From positions 1 through 39,757 of the forward strand of contig VYDF01000198.1 in the NCBI GenBank assembly GCA_009843565.1: a DNA stretch of 39,757 nucleotides. Reading direction: 5' to 3'. This document shows positions 8,573 to 16,573 of the stretch, one piece after another. Numbering within the stretch: the first letter of the stretch is position 1; the number at the start of each line of letters is the position of its first letter. Position numbers and translations under genes: made by a program. The notes under the pieces are model-generated. The model did no database searches and was not told the DNA's origin. It saw nothing but the letters and a program-made list of their open reading frames with translations. Origin of the DNA: Acidimicrobiia bacterium. GTDB taxonomy: Bacteria; Actinomycetota; Acidimicrobiia; Acidimicrobiales; Bin134.

Positions 8573-10315
8573 ATGAGCACGAATAGCGAGGTTCGAGACG
8601 GCATGCGTATCGACTGGGACGTGGTCGTCGAGATGGACGATGGCCTGCCATTGCGGGCCGACGTGTATCGCCCCGACGACGACGGCCAGTACCCGGTCAT
8701 TTTGAGCTACGGGCCCTACGCCAAGGGCTTGGCCTTCCAAGAGGGCTACCCGAGCGCTTGGGACCGCATGGTGGAAGAGCACCCCGACGTTGCCGCCGGT
8801 TCAACCAACAAGTATCAGAACTGGGAGGTCTGCGATCCTGAGAAGTGGGTTCCCGAGGGCTATGTCTGCGTTCGGGTGGACTCCCGCGGGGCAGGCCGCA
8901 GCCCCGGCTATATCGATCATTTCTCACCCCGGGAGACCCGAGACTTCTACGAGTGCATCGAGTGGTCCGGTGTCCAGCCGTGGTCCAACGGGAAGGTCGG
9001 CTTGTCGGGGATTTCGTACTACGCCATCAACTCATGGCATGTCGCATCGCTCCAGCCTCCCCACCTCACTGCGATGATTCCCTGGGAAGGCGCCGCCGAC
9101 TGGTACCGGGACATGACCTATCACGGCGGGATCCTGTCGACATTCTGGGACAACTGGTACGACATGCAGATCAAGACCGTTCAGCACGGTGTCGGCGAGA
9201 ACGGGGCGAGGAGCATCGTGAGCGGCGAGCTTGTGGCCGGCCCCGACACGTTGAGCGAAGAGGAACTGGTGGCAAACCGGTGCGACTTCGGTAACGAGAT
9301 CGCCTCCCATCCGCTCGACGACCAGTACCACAAAGACCGGTCACCCGATTGGTCGAAGGTGACCGTGCCGTTCTTGTCGGCGTCTAACTGGGGCGGGCAG
9401 GGACTTCACCCCCGGGGCAACGTGGAGGCCTACATCCGCGCCGCGTCCACCGAGAAGTTCCTCGAGTACCACGGCATCGAGCACTGGACCGAGTACTACA
9501 CCGACTACGGCGTGCAACTCCAGAAGCGGTTCTTCGCCAAGTACCTCCAAGGCAATGACGCCGCATGGGATGACCAGCCGAGGGTGCAGGTGCTGGTCCG
9601 CCACGTGGATCGCTTCGTGGAGCGGGCCGAGTCCGACTGGCCCATTCCCCGGACCGACTGGACCAAGCTGCACCTCGACCCGTCGAGCCAGACCTTGGGG
9701 CACGACCCGGTCACCACCGAGGGAACCATCACCTACGACGCCATGGGCGATGGTCTCACGTTCTTCTTGGCCCCGGTCGAAGGGGAGACCGAGGTGACCG
9801 GACCTTTGGCAGCGAAACTCCACATCTCGTCGTCCACCACTGATGCCGATTTGTTCTTGGTGTTCAGGGTTTTCGATCCGGAGGGTGAAGAAGTCACATT
9901 CATGGGCGCCATCGATCCCCACACACCCATCGCCCAGGGTTGGCTGCGGGCATCGCATCGCAAGCTGGACGAGTCGCTGTCGGAGGTGTGGCGGCCATAC
10001 CACACCCACGATGAGGAGCAGCCGCTGACGCCAGGGGAGGTCTACGAGCTAGACATTGAGATCTGGCCCACATCGATCGTGATACCGCCGGGCTATCGCA
10101 TCGGCTTTTCGATTCTCGGTCGCGACTACGAATGGGATGGCGATACCACCGGGTTGCATCTGTCGAACTTCAAGAACGAGCTGCGGGGCTGCGGCCCGTT
10201 CCTGCACGACGACGTGAGGAATCGCCCGCCGGAGATCTTCGACAATCAGGTCACTGTTCACTTTGGTCCCGACCATCCCAACTGGGTACTGGTTCCGTTC
10301 ATCCCCAACGACTAG
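8573..10315 (+). CDS. CocE/NonD-family (S15 X-Pro dipeptidyl-peptidase-like) serine hydrolase
   Basis: ATG at 8573 with a GGGGAG SD. Motifs LRADVYRPDDDGQYPVILSYGPY, VRVDSRG.G.S.G, nucleophile elbow GLSGISYY, and a long C-terminal beta-sandwich region. Confidence 0.85.
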   Translation: MSTNSEVRDGMRIDWDVVVEMDDGLPLRADVYRPDDDGQYPVILSYGPYAKGLAFQEGYPSAWDRMVEEHPDVAAGSTNKYQNWEVCDPEKWVPEGYVCVRVDSRGAGRSPGYIDHFSPRETRDFYECIEWSGVQPWSNGKVGLSGISYYAINSWHVASLQPPHLTAMIPWEGAADWYRDMTYHGGILSTFWDNWYDMQIKTVQHGVGENGARSIVSGELVAGPDTLSEEELVANRCDFGNEIASHPLDDQYHKDRSPDWSKVTVPFLSASNWGGQGLHPRGNVEAYIRAASTEKFLEYHGIEHWTEYYTDYGVQLQKRFFAKYLQGNDAAWDDQPRVQVLVRHVDRFVERAESDWPIPRTDWTKLHLDPSSQTLGHDPVTTEGTITYDAMGDGLTFFLAPVEGETEVTGPLAAKLHISSSTTDADLFLVFRVFDPEGEEVTFMGAIDPHTPIAQGWLRASHRKLDESLSEVWRPYHTHDEEQPLTPGEVYELDIEIWPTSIVIPPGYRIGFSILGRDYEWDGDTTGLHLSNFKNELRGCGPFLHDDVRNRPPEIFDNQVTVHFGPDHPNWVLVPFIPND

Positions 10316-10872
10316 GGCGGTCCGACCTCGAATGCTCCGATGAGCTGGGCCAATAGACCGTAGTAGCCGACCACCATCATCAACTCGACCAGGCGGTCTT
10401 GCCCGAGCGCCTCGATGGCCCGGCGGTACACATCGTCGGCAATGGATTTGTGGTGCAGGATCGATTGGCACACGTCGTAGGCGGCAATCAGATCGTCGGC
10501 GACCAAAGCGGGCCGGGTGCCGGCTCGCAGGGCGGCGATCTGCTCATCGGTCAGCCCGACGCGCTTGGCGATCGACTCGTGGGCCCACCGCTCAAACTCG
10601 CAGTCGTAGTAGGTGGCGACTACAAGGATGGCCATCTCTCGTACGGGTGCGCTGAGCTCGGTATGGAACCTCAGCGCGGCGCCGAGTTGCTGGATGACGT
10701 CTCCTACCTGGGGGCTGTAAAGCATCACGTTGAACGGTCCCACTAGGGCCCCGCTCGCATCGGTCAGCGGGAAGGAAGCATCTTTGGAGCGATCGCCTCC
10801 GGCGATGGAGTCATACAGAGCCCGCTGCTCTGGGTTGAGGTCGCCCGGGGGCAGGCCGGGCAGTCGGGCCAT
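10312..10872 (-). CDS. carboxymuconolactone decarboxylase (CMD/AhpD-like) family protein
   Basis: 186 aa: MARLPGLPPGDLNPEQRALYDSI...EFERWAHE.... This is an all-helical CMD-like pattern. Its start codon lies 1 nt after the stop of the upstream ring-opening amidohydrolase. Confidence 0.7.
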   Translation of the reverse strand: MARLPGLPPGDLNPEQRALYDSIAGGDRSKDASFPLTDASGALVGPFNVMLYSPQVGDVIQQLGAALRFHTELSAPVREMAILVVATYYDCEFERWAHESIAKRVGLTDEQIAALRAGTRPALVADDLIAAYDVCQSILHHKSIADDVYRRAIEALGQDRLVELMMVVGYYGLLAQLIGAFEVGPP

Positions 10873-10873
10873 C

Positions 10874-11971
10874 TCAGCCGAGGTCGACGATGGCGGCTAC
10901 CGATCCGCCCCCTGCGGGGCCGGATTGGAGTCCGGCCACCGAGACGAATACGGCGGGGTCTCCCAGGGCGGCGGCGGCAACGCCCCCGACGGCGCCTTTG
11001 GTGTGGTGGGTGTGGTGGATGTCGGAGTCGTTCTGCGAAACCTGCCGCCGGCCTCGCAGTCGGCCGCTGGGATGGATCTCGCACTTTATGAAGCAGTTGA
11101 CCACCCGACCGTCGAGATCCTCGGGAATTGGCCGATCGGGCAGGTCGAGGCCAGCCGATCGGATGGCCCGGTAGATGCCGGGGAAGTCGAGATTGTCCTC
11201 CATTACCGAGTGGCCCGACCGGTAGCGGCCGCCTACGCCGAGGCGATTGCCCACCACTACGACTTGGGCCTGGGTCTGCTCGACCCCCGACGAGCACGAT
11301 GCGACCGACGAGTAGACGGAGAGGTCTTTGGCGATCTGGTCCTCGCGGGGCCGCTCGATCTCGCCCAGCGCAGTGGCGATGCCCAAAGCCGACGTGGCGT
11401 TGGAGACCGCCATCGATTCCATGGTGTCCTCTAGGGCGACCGTTTGGCCCCGGGCATGGGCATCGGCAATGCGTTCAGCGGTCAGCAGCGGCGTCTTGGT
11501 CTGCACGTAGTGGACGTCGGTCGGGTCATCTATACCCGCATCGGCCACGGCCAGTTTGACCGCCTCCGCGACTTTGTCAAGCATGGGGAGGCGGCCGATC
11601 TCCTCGGGCAGAATCGGCACCGAGACTGCTTGCCCGACGGTGAGACGCTTCTCGTCCGCAGGCTCGGGGGGACCGTCCACCTTGGCGAACACCGTCATGT
11701 GGGGTGAGATCACCCCGTCGGTGCCGCCCGACCAGGCGATGGGCACATTGAGGGCCGACTCCTTGGTGTGCCCGCAATGCTCTACGAGGAAGTCGCGCAA
11801 CACCCGGTCGGCCAGGATGCGGGAGAAATCGTTGACTCCGCCGTTGCCTTCAACCTTGCCGACCACGCCGACGATCTGATCGCCCCGGAAGGCCCCCTCT
11901 GCGATGGCTTGTTCGAGCCCGGAGGTGTCGGTGACGTGTTCGAATGGGATCTTGCGCACTTCAAAAGGCAT
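10874..11971 (-). CDS. ring-opening amidohydrolase of the cyanuric acid amidohydrolase (AtzD/TrzD) / barbiturase family
   Basis: 365 aa. Family-typical strings: DTSGLE, GKVEGNGGVND, SGGTDGVISPHMTVFA, KRLTVG, LPEEIGR, VQTKTPLLT, SCSSGVE, NDSDI, GPAGGG. Length and order match AtzD/barbiturase as I remember them. Confidence 0.85.
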   Translation of the reverse strand: MPFEVRKIPFEHVTDTSGLEQAIAEGAFRGDQIVGVVGKVEGNGGVNDFSRILADRVLRDFLVEHCGHTKESALNVPIAWSGGTDGVISPHMTVFAKVDGPPEPADEKRLTVGQAVSVPILPEEIGRLPMLDKVAEAVKLAVADAGIDDPTDVHYVQTKTPLLTAERIADAHARGQTVALEDTMESMAVSNATSALGIATALGEIERPREDQIAKDLSVYSSVASCSSGVEQTQAQVVVVGNRLGVGGRYRSGHSVMEDNLDFPGIYRAIRSAGLDLPDRPIPEDLDGRVVNCFIKCEIHPSGRLRGRRQVSQNDSDIHHTHHTKGAVGGVAAAALGDPAVFVSVAGLQSGPAGGGSVAAIVDLG

Positions 11972-12026
11972 TGGGTTGACGCTCCCTCGTTTCGCTTGCG
12001 CCTAAATCTTGGCAGACTGCGGGAAG

Positions 12027-13253
12027 ATGGGGGACAGGGATCATCTCACGGACGTCGGAGCCTTCGTGCCCGACAGCGTCGCCATAAGCGGTTCGGGTCA
12101 CGGCATTTTGCAGGGTCGCAGGTTCGTGGCCAAAGACTTGTTCAGCCTCGAAGGCCATCGAAGCTCGTTTGGCCACGAGCGCTGGCGGTCGACCCATGCC
12201 GAGGCGTCAACGACCTCACCGATCTTGACCAGCATGCTTGACGCCGGTGCCGATCTGGTCGGGCTGACCAAACTGGATCAGCTGGCGTATTCGCTGATCG
12301 GCAATGTGGGAGAGGGTGCGCCTCCCCGCAACACGCTCGACGACCGGCTCTTTTGCGGCGGCTCGTCGTCGGGGTCGGCCGCGGCGGTGGCGGCGGGACT
12401 GGCCGACATCGGGTTGGGCACCGATACCGCGGGCTCGATTCGGGTGCCCGCGGCGGCGTGCGGCCTTCAAAGCATCCGGCCATCGCACGGATTGATCGAT
12501 CCCCATGGAGTAATCCCGCTGGCCCACTCATTCGACGTCGTCGGCGTATTCGGTCTTCGGGCCTCGGATATCTCCAAGGTGCTCAAAGTGCTAGCACCGC
12601 ATATCCCTGGAGCGGCCCGAACGGCCAAGGTCAAGTTTGCCGCCGACGTCTTCGATCAGGCCGAAGTGGAGACGGCGCGCGTTGGGAGAGCCGTGGCCGA
12701 GGCTGCGGCCTCGAGCCTCGGAGTGCCGTTCGAAGAGGCTGAGTTCGGGAAGTTCATCGGTGCCGACGTCGGCGACTTGTTCGCTCGGTTGCAAGGGCGG
12801 GAGATCTGGTCCAACCACGGCCGCTGGGTTGAAGAGCACGGCTCATCTCTGGCTGACGACGTACGGATGAGGCTTGAGCGTTGCGAGCGCCTCTCCCGGG
12901 ATACGGAGAGCGCCATACAGCACGACCGCACCGAGAGGTTCACATATGGCCGATCCCTCAGCGCCACCGTGGAGCCGGGAACGGTAGTGGCCCTCCCGGT
13001 GATGCTCCGGCATGGCCCGATGCGGAATTGGGATGACCGGCAGTTGACCGAGTTCAGAAGCGGGTGCTTCCGGCTGGCTGCTCCGAGCAGTCTGTCGGGT
13101 GGCCCGCAAGCGGTGTTCCCTGTCCGCCGCCAAAGCGACCTAGGGTCGGTCGGCGTTGGACTTCTCGCTGCTCCCGGCGGCGACCTGGGCCTACTCGAGC
13201 TCATGGCCTCGCTCGGGGACGACGCCCAAGCGATTCCCAGCAACTTTGGATAG
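12027..13253 (+). CDS. amidase-signature (AS) family amidohydrolase
   Basis: GGSSSGSAAAVAAGLADIGLGTDTAGSIRVPAAACG is the AS signature (Ser-cisSer), with an upstream VAKDLF lysine. Start is ATG 12027 or TTG 12009. Divergent from the AtzD/barbiturase-family gene with only ~40-55 bp between the starts. Confidence 0.8.
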   Translation: MGDRDHLTDVGAFVPDSVAISGSGHGILQGRRFVAKDLFSLEGHRSSFGHERWRSTHAEASTTSPILTSMLDAGADLVGLTKLDQLAYSLIGNVGEGAPPRNTLDDRLFCGGSSSGSAAAVAAGLADIGLGTDTAGSIRVPAAACGLQSIRPSHGLIDPHGVIPLAHSFDVVGVFGLRASDISKVLKVLAPHIPGAARTAKVKFAADVFDQAEVETARVGRAVAEAAASSLGVPFEEAEFGKFIGADVGDLFARLQGREIWSNHGRWVEEHGSSLADDVRMRLERCERLSRDTESAIQHDRTERFTYGRSLSATVEPGTVVALPVMLRHGPMRNWDDRQLTEFRSGCFRLAAPSSLSGGPQAVFPVRRQSDLGSVGVGLLAAPGGDLGLLELMASLGDDAQAIPSNFG

Positions 13254-13305
13254 GGTTTGCCCGCCAGGCGATTTCTGGCGTTCTCCGCGTGGAGGTTCGA
13301 GTTCG

Positions 13306-13734
13306 ATGGTCGACAGACGCGTGTTGCGCCCGGCTGGGGTGTGGGATCCGGCCAATGCGGGCTTCGATCATCCCCAGCCATTCTCCCAGGGCATCGTCTG
13401 TGAAGCCGGCCGGATGGTGTTCGCTGCGGGGCAGGTGGCGCTGGATGAGAGCGGGGCGGTTATTGGGTCCGGTGACCCTGCGGTCCAGACCGAGGCGGCG
13501 CTGGAAAACCTCCAGCGGGTGCTCAGCGAGGGCGGGGCGACCATGGGGGATGTGGTGCGGCTGACCGTCTTCCTCACTGACATGGCGGATCTGCCCGCGG
13601 TGCAGGAAGTACGGGCCCGGTACTTCCCCGTCGATCCTCCGGCTAGCTCGACGATTGAGATCAGCGCACTAGTTGTTCCTGAACTCTTGGTTGAGATCGA
13701 CGCCATCGCGGTGGTGGCCCCTCCAACCCCTTGA
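13306..13734 (+). CDS. RidA/YjgF/L-PSP-family protein (non-canonical: Arg105-equivalent is Ser)
   Basis: ATG at 13306 with GGAGG 10 nt upstream. Motifs FSQGIV...FAAGQVALD...GATMGDVVRLTVFL...YFPVDPPASSTIEI...VEIDAIAV. The canonical PARS is PASS here. Confidence 0.8.
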   Translation: MVDRRVLRPAGVWDPANAGFDHPQPFSQGIVCEAGRMVFAAGQVALDESGAVIGSGDPAVQTEAALENLQRVLSEGGATMGDVVRLTVFLTDMADLPAVQEVRARYFPVDPPASSTIEISALVVPELLVEIDAIAVVAPPTP

Positions 13735-13755
13735 ATCGGGGATTGCTGGTAAATT
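13731..13755 (+). promoter_or_regulatory. candidate promoter (extended -10 TGgTAAATT, upstream TTGAAT) ahead of the small ORF/DUF1989 operon
   Basis: TTGAAT at 13731-13736 and TG-n-TAAATT at 13747-13755, in the only clearly AT-rich stretch of this region. The -35/-10 spacing is short (13 nt), so only the extended -10 is credible. Confidence 0.25.
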
Positions 13756-13793
13756 TTTCCAACGAATACTGACGACTGAGCAGAGGGGGATTC

Positions 13794-13952
13794 ATGGCCA
13801 GCGATGAAGAGTATTTTCGAGAGGTAGTCGTCCGTCTGAATCAACAGCAGCTGGAGTTGGTCGACGATTGCGTTGATGAATCTGACTCCGGTAATCGAGA
13901 AGAGCTTTTGCTGCGGGCATTACGGGAATTCCACAAGGAACACTCCTCATGA
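13794..13952 (+). CDS. small 52-aa ORF, possible ribbon-helix-helix (CopG/NikR-like) protein; not in the supplied track
   Basis: ATG at 13794 preceded by AGAGGGGGA. Translation: MASDEEYFREVVVRLNQQQLELVDDCVDESDSGNREELLLRALREFHKEHSS. The pattern is strand (VVVRL), helix, loop, helix. Its TGA (13950-13952) overlaps the ATG (13949-13951) of the next gene as ATGA. Confidence 0.4.
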   Translation: MASDEEYFREVVVRLNQQQLELVDDCVDESDSGNREELLLRALREFHKEHSS

Positions 13953-14896
13953 CCGAGCGAACACTGCTGTATGAGCACATCATGGAGCCGGCCACAGGCA
14001 AGGCCGTCGAACTTCTGGCTGGGCAGGTCCTGCGAATTGAGCAGATTGGCGTGGCCGGTCAATGCGCCGACTTCAATGCCTTCAACCTCCACGATTACAA
14101 GGAGTGCTTCCACACCGGGCGCACCCGCCATATGCACGGGATGCACCCGACTACGGGCGATTTCTTGTGGTCGGCGCCGCCCCGAGACCGGCCGATAGCG
14201 GCCATCGTCGCCGACACGGTTGGAACCAACGATGTGCTGTATCCGCGGTGCAGCGGCTTGCTGTACGAATACCAGTTCGGAGTTGAGCCGCATACCAACT
14301 GCCACGACATCCAAGCCGAGGCGCAGCGGGAATACGGGCTCACCAGTGACGATGTGCACGACTCGTTCAACTTCTTCATGCACACCGGCGTCGATCAGGC
14401 AGGGCACCCCTTCATCGCCGAGAACGTGGCCAAGCATGGCGACTATGTGGAGATCATCGCCTTGATCGACCTGCTGGCCGTGCCCAACGTGTGCGGTGCG
14501 GACACCTTCGCCACCAGCAGCTTTGAGCTGAAACCGCTGCGGATTGCCATATACGACGGCTTGCCCGAAGACCTGGCTCAATTCGAGGGTCGGCCGGAGC
14601 TAGCCAAGTTCAGAAGCCAGCTCACCACGGAGGACTTCGCGGCGCAGCCCATCAAAGCTGATCGCGAGCTCTATAAGGACGAGTCCTACGTCCCGAATTA
14701 CGTCAACTATCCCATCAGCCTCACCGATGTTCCCATCAGCTTGAGCCCAGAGCACCAAACCATGCTCGATGAGCTCGTGGCAACCGGAGAATTCGGTGAG
14801 ACCGATGCCGACGTACTTCGGTACGTGTTCTTCAGCTGGTGGATCGTGAACTACATGAAGGGACCAAAGCACTTGGATCAGGCGGCGGAGGATTAG
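13949..14896 (+). CDS. DUF1989-family protein (urea/guanidine-carboxylase-associated family) with ~100-aa C-terminal extension
   Basis: GQCADFNAFNLHDYKECFHTGRTR, GDFLWSAPPRDRPIAAIVADTVGTNDVLYPRCS, HTNCHDI, SFNFFMHTG and GDYVEIIALIDLLAVPNVCGAD fit the DUF1989 pattern. Residues ~215-315 lie beyond the usual domain. Confidence 0.7.
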   Translation: MTERTLLYEHIMEPATGKAVELLAGQVLRIEQIGVAGQCADFNAFNLHDYKECFHTGRTRHMHGMHPTTGDFLWSAPPRDRPIAAIVADTVGTNDVLYPRCSGLLYEYQFGVEPHTNCHDIQAEAQREYGLTSDDVHDSFNFFMHTGVDQAGHPFIAENVAKHGDYVEIIALIDLLAVPNVCGADTFATSSFELKPLRIAIYDGLPEDLAQFEGRPELAKFRSQLTTEDFAAQPIKADRELYKDESYVPNYVNYPISLTDVPISLSPEHQTMLDELVATGEFGETDADVLRYVFFSWWIVNYMKGPKHLDQAAED

Positions 14897-14921
14897 CGGT
14901 TTCTCCTCAGAGAGAACTCCA

Positions 14922-15404
14922 ATGACGACCCATCCCATCACGGTCGAAGTCAATGGCGTGGCGTACGAGCGCTCGGTATCGCCGCGCCTGCTGCTTTCGG
15001 ACTTCCTCCGCCACGAGCTGCACCTGACCGGGACCCACGTTGGCTGTGAGCACGGCGTCTGCGGGGCCTGCACCGTTCAATTCAACGGCGAAGGAGTCCG
15101 ATCGTGCCTGCTGTTCGCGGTGCAGGCCGACGGCTCCACAATCAAAACCGTGGAGGGACTGGCCAACGGCGACAGCCTGCACCCGCTCCAGGAAGCCTTC
15201 AGCGCTGCTCACGCGCTGCAATGCGGGTTCTGCACCCCTGGCTTCCTCATGGCCATCGACTCGATGCTCGACCAGTTGTCCACCATGTCAGAGGCTGAGA
15301 TTCGGGAAGCACTCAGCGGCAACATCTGCCGCTGCACCGGTTATCAGGGCATCGTTGAAGCTGTGCAGGCCACTGTGGCCAGCCTTCAACAGGAAGGCCG
15401 CTAG
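14922..15404 (+). CDS. (2Fe-2S)-binding small subunit of a xanthine-dehydrogenase-family molybdoenzyme (CoxS/CutS-like), not adjacent to M or L subunits
   Basis: CEHGVCGACTV, CGFCTPGF and CRCTGY are both 2Fe-2S cluster motifs. 160 aa. Confidence 0.9.
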   Translation: MTTHPITVEVNGVAYERSVSPRLLLSDFLRHELHLTGTHVGCEHGVCGACTVQFNGEGVRSCLLFAVQADGSTIKTVEGLANGDSLHPLQEAFSAAHALQCGFCTPGFLMAIDSMLDQLSTMSEAEIREALSGNICRCTGYQGIVEAVQATVASLQQEGR

Positions 15405-15496
15405 CGGATTCACGCGGCAGCGTTTAGTGTCCAAGAGGGGGTGAATGTGCTCGATGTCGATGACAAGCGATCTGCCATCGAGATCGCGGGTCGCTC

Positions 15497-16570
15497 ATGA
15501 GCGCTGACGACTTGGTGCCCCAAAAGGTCGAGGCAATTCTGAACCCTGGCCGGATGCTCTCCGACGGCATTCCCTACCCAGACTTCGCGGCCGCCCGGGC
15601 GTTGGATGATTTGGCCGAATGGCTGCCGTTCTGGGCCGAGACCGCCGAGCGCTACGAAGCCCTGGGCATGGCCGCGCTCGAGGCCGGCAACCGGGTCAGC
15701 GGCGGTGAATGGCTGTGGCACTCCTCGCTGTCGTGGCACTACGGACAGCTCATGTGGTTCCACGAACCCGAGCGCCGCGAACACGGCCAGCACAAGAAAG
15801 TCGAACTGTACAAGCGGGCTGCCCCCCATCTGGTGGCCCCGGCCGAACGGGTGGAAATCCAATTCGAATCGACGATGATCCCCGGCTATCTCCGGCTGCC
15901 GGATGGGCCTGGACCGCACCCGTGCGCGGTGCTCATCGGCGGCTTGGAGTCCACCAAAGAGGAGAGCTACCACTTCGAGGCGCTCTGCCACCGCCGGGGG
16001 TTGGCGACCTTCGCGTTCGACGGTCCGGGTCAGGGCGAGATGTACTTTGACGTGAAGCTGTGCGCCGACTTCCACCGCTATACGTCGGCGGTTCTCGACG
16101 CCATCTCGCCCCGACCGGAGGTGGACAGCGACCGCATCGGCATCCTCGGCCGCAGCCTGGGCGGCTACTACGCCATGCAGTCGGCGGCGCTCGACAAGCG
16201 GCTGAAGAGCTGCGTGGCGTGGGGCGGTTTCTCCGACATGTCTGACTTCGACGGCATGCCGCCCCACACCCGCGGCGGGTTCGTCTACGTGTCGGGGTAT
16301 GAAGACTTGGACGAGGGCCGCTCCTATCTACAAGAAACGTTCGACCTCTCCCAGAGCATCGGTGACCTGACCTGTCCCACCATGCTGATCCAGGGGGTCC
16401 ACGATCCGATCTTCCCCCCACACCAGACCGAGCTGCTCCAGGTTGGACTGGCTCACAATGACATGGCCGAGATCGTGGTTGAACCCGATGGCGACCACTG
16501 CTGTCACAACATGGGCCCGGTGGTCCGGCCCCGAATGGCCGACTATTTGGCCCGGACCCTCAGGGAGTAG
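15497..16570 (+). CDS. alpha/beta hydrolase (FrsA / 2,6-dihydropseudooxynicotine-hydrolase-like)
   Basis: 357 aa with a helical N-terminal lid region, then GGLESTKEE, the GRSLGG nucleophile elbow, QGVHDP (Asp) and DGDHCCHN (His). Confidence 0.75.
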   Translation: MSADDLVPQKVEAILNPGRMLSDGIPYPDFAAARALDDLAEWLPFWAETAERYEALGMAALEAGNRVSGGEWLWHSSLSWHYGQLMWFHEPERREHGQHKKVELYKRAAPHLVAPAERVEIQFESTMIPGYLRLPDGPGPHPCAVLIGGLESTKEESYHFEALCHRRGLATFAFDGPGQGEMYFDVKLCADFHRYTSAVLDAISPRPEVDSDRIGILGRSLGGYYAMQSAALDKRLKSCVAWGGFSDMSDFDGMPPHTRGGFVYVSGYEDLDEGRSYLQETFDLSQSIGDLTCPTMLIQGVHDPIFPPHQTELLQVGLAHNDMAEIVVEPDGDHCCHNMGPVVRPRMADYLARTLRE

Positions 16571-16573
16571 CCG

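Noticed and set aside
10312-10315. Convergent CocE/NonD and CMD genes overlapping by 4 nt through the palindrome CTAG (TAG stop on both strands)
   Set aside because: It is real in the sequence but is probably just compact genome organisation. I have no evidence of regulatory meaning.
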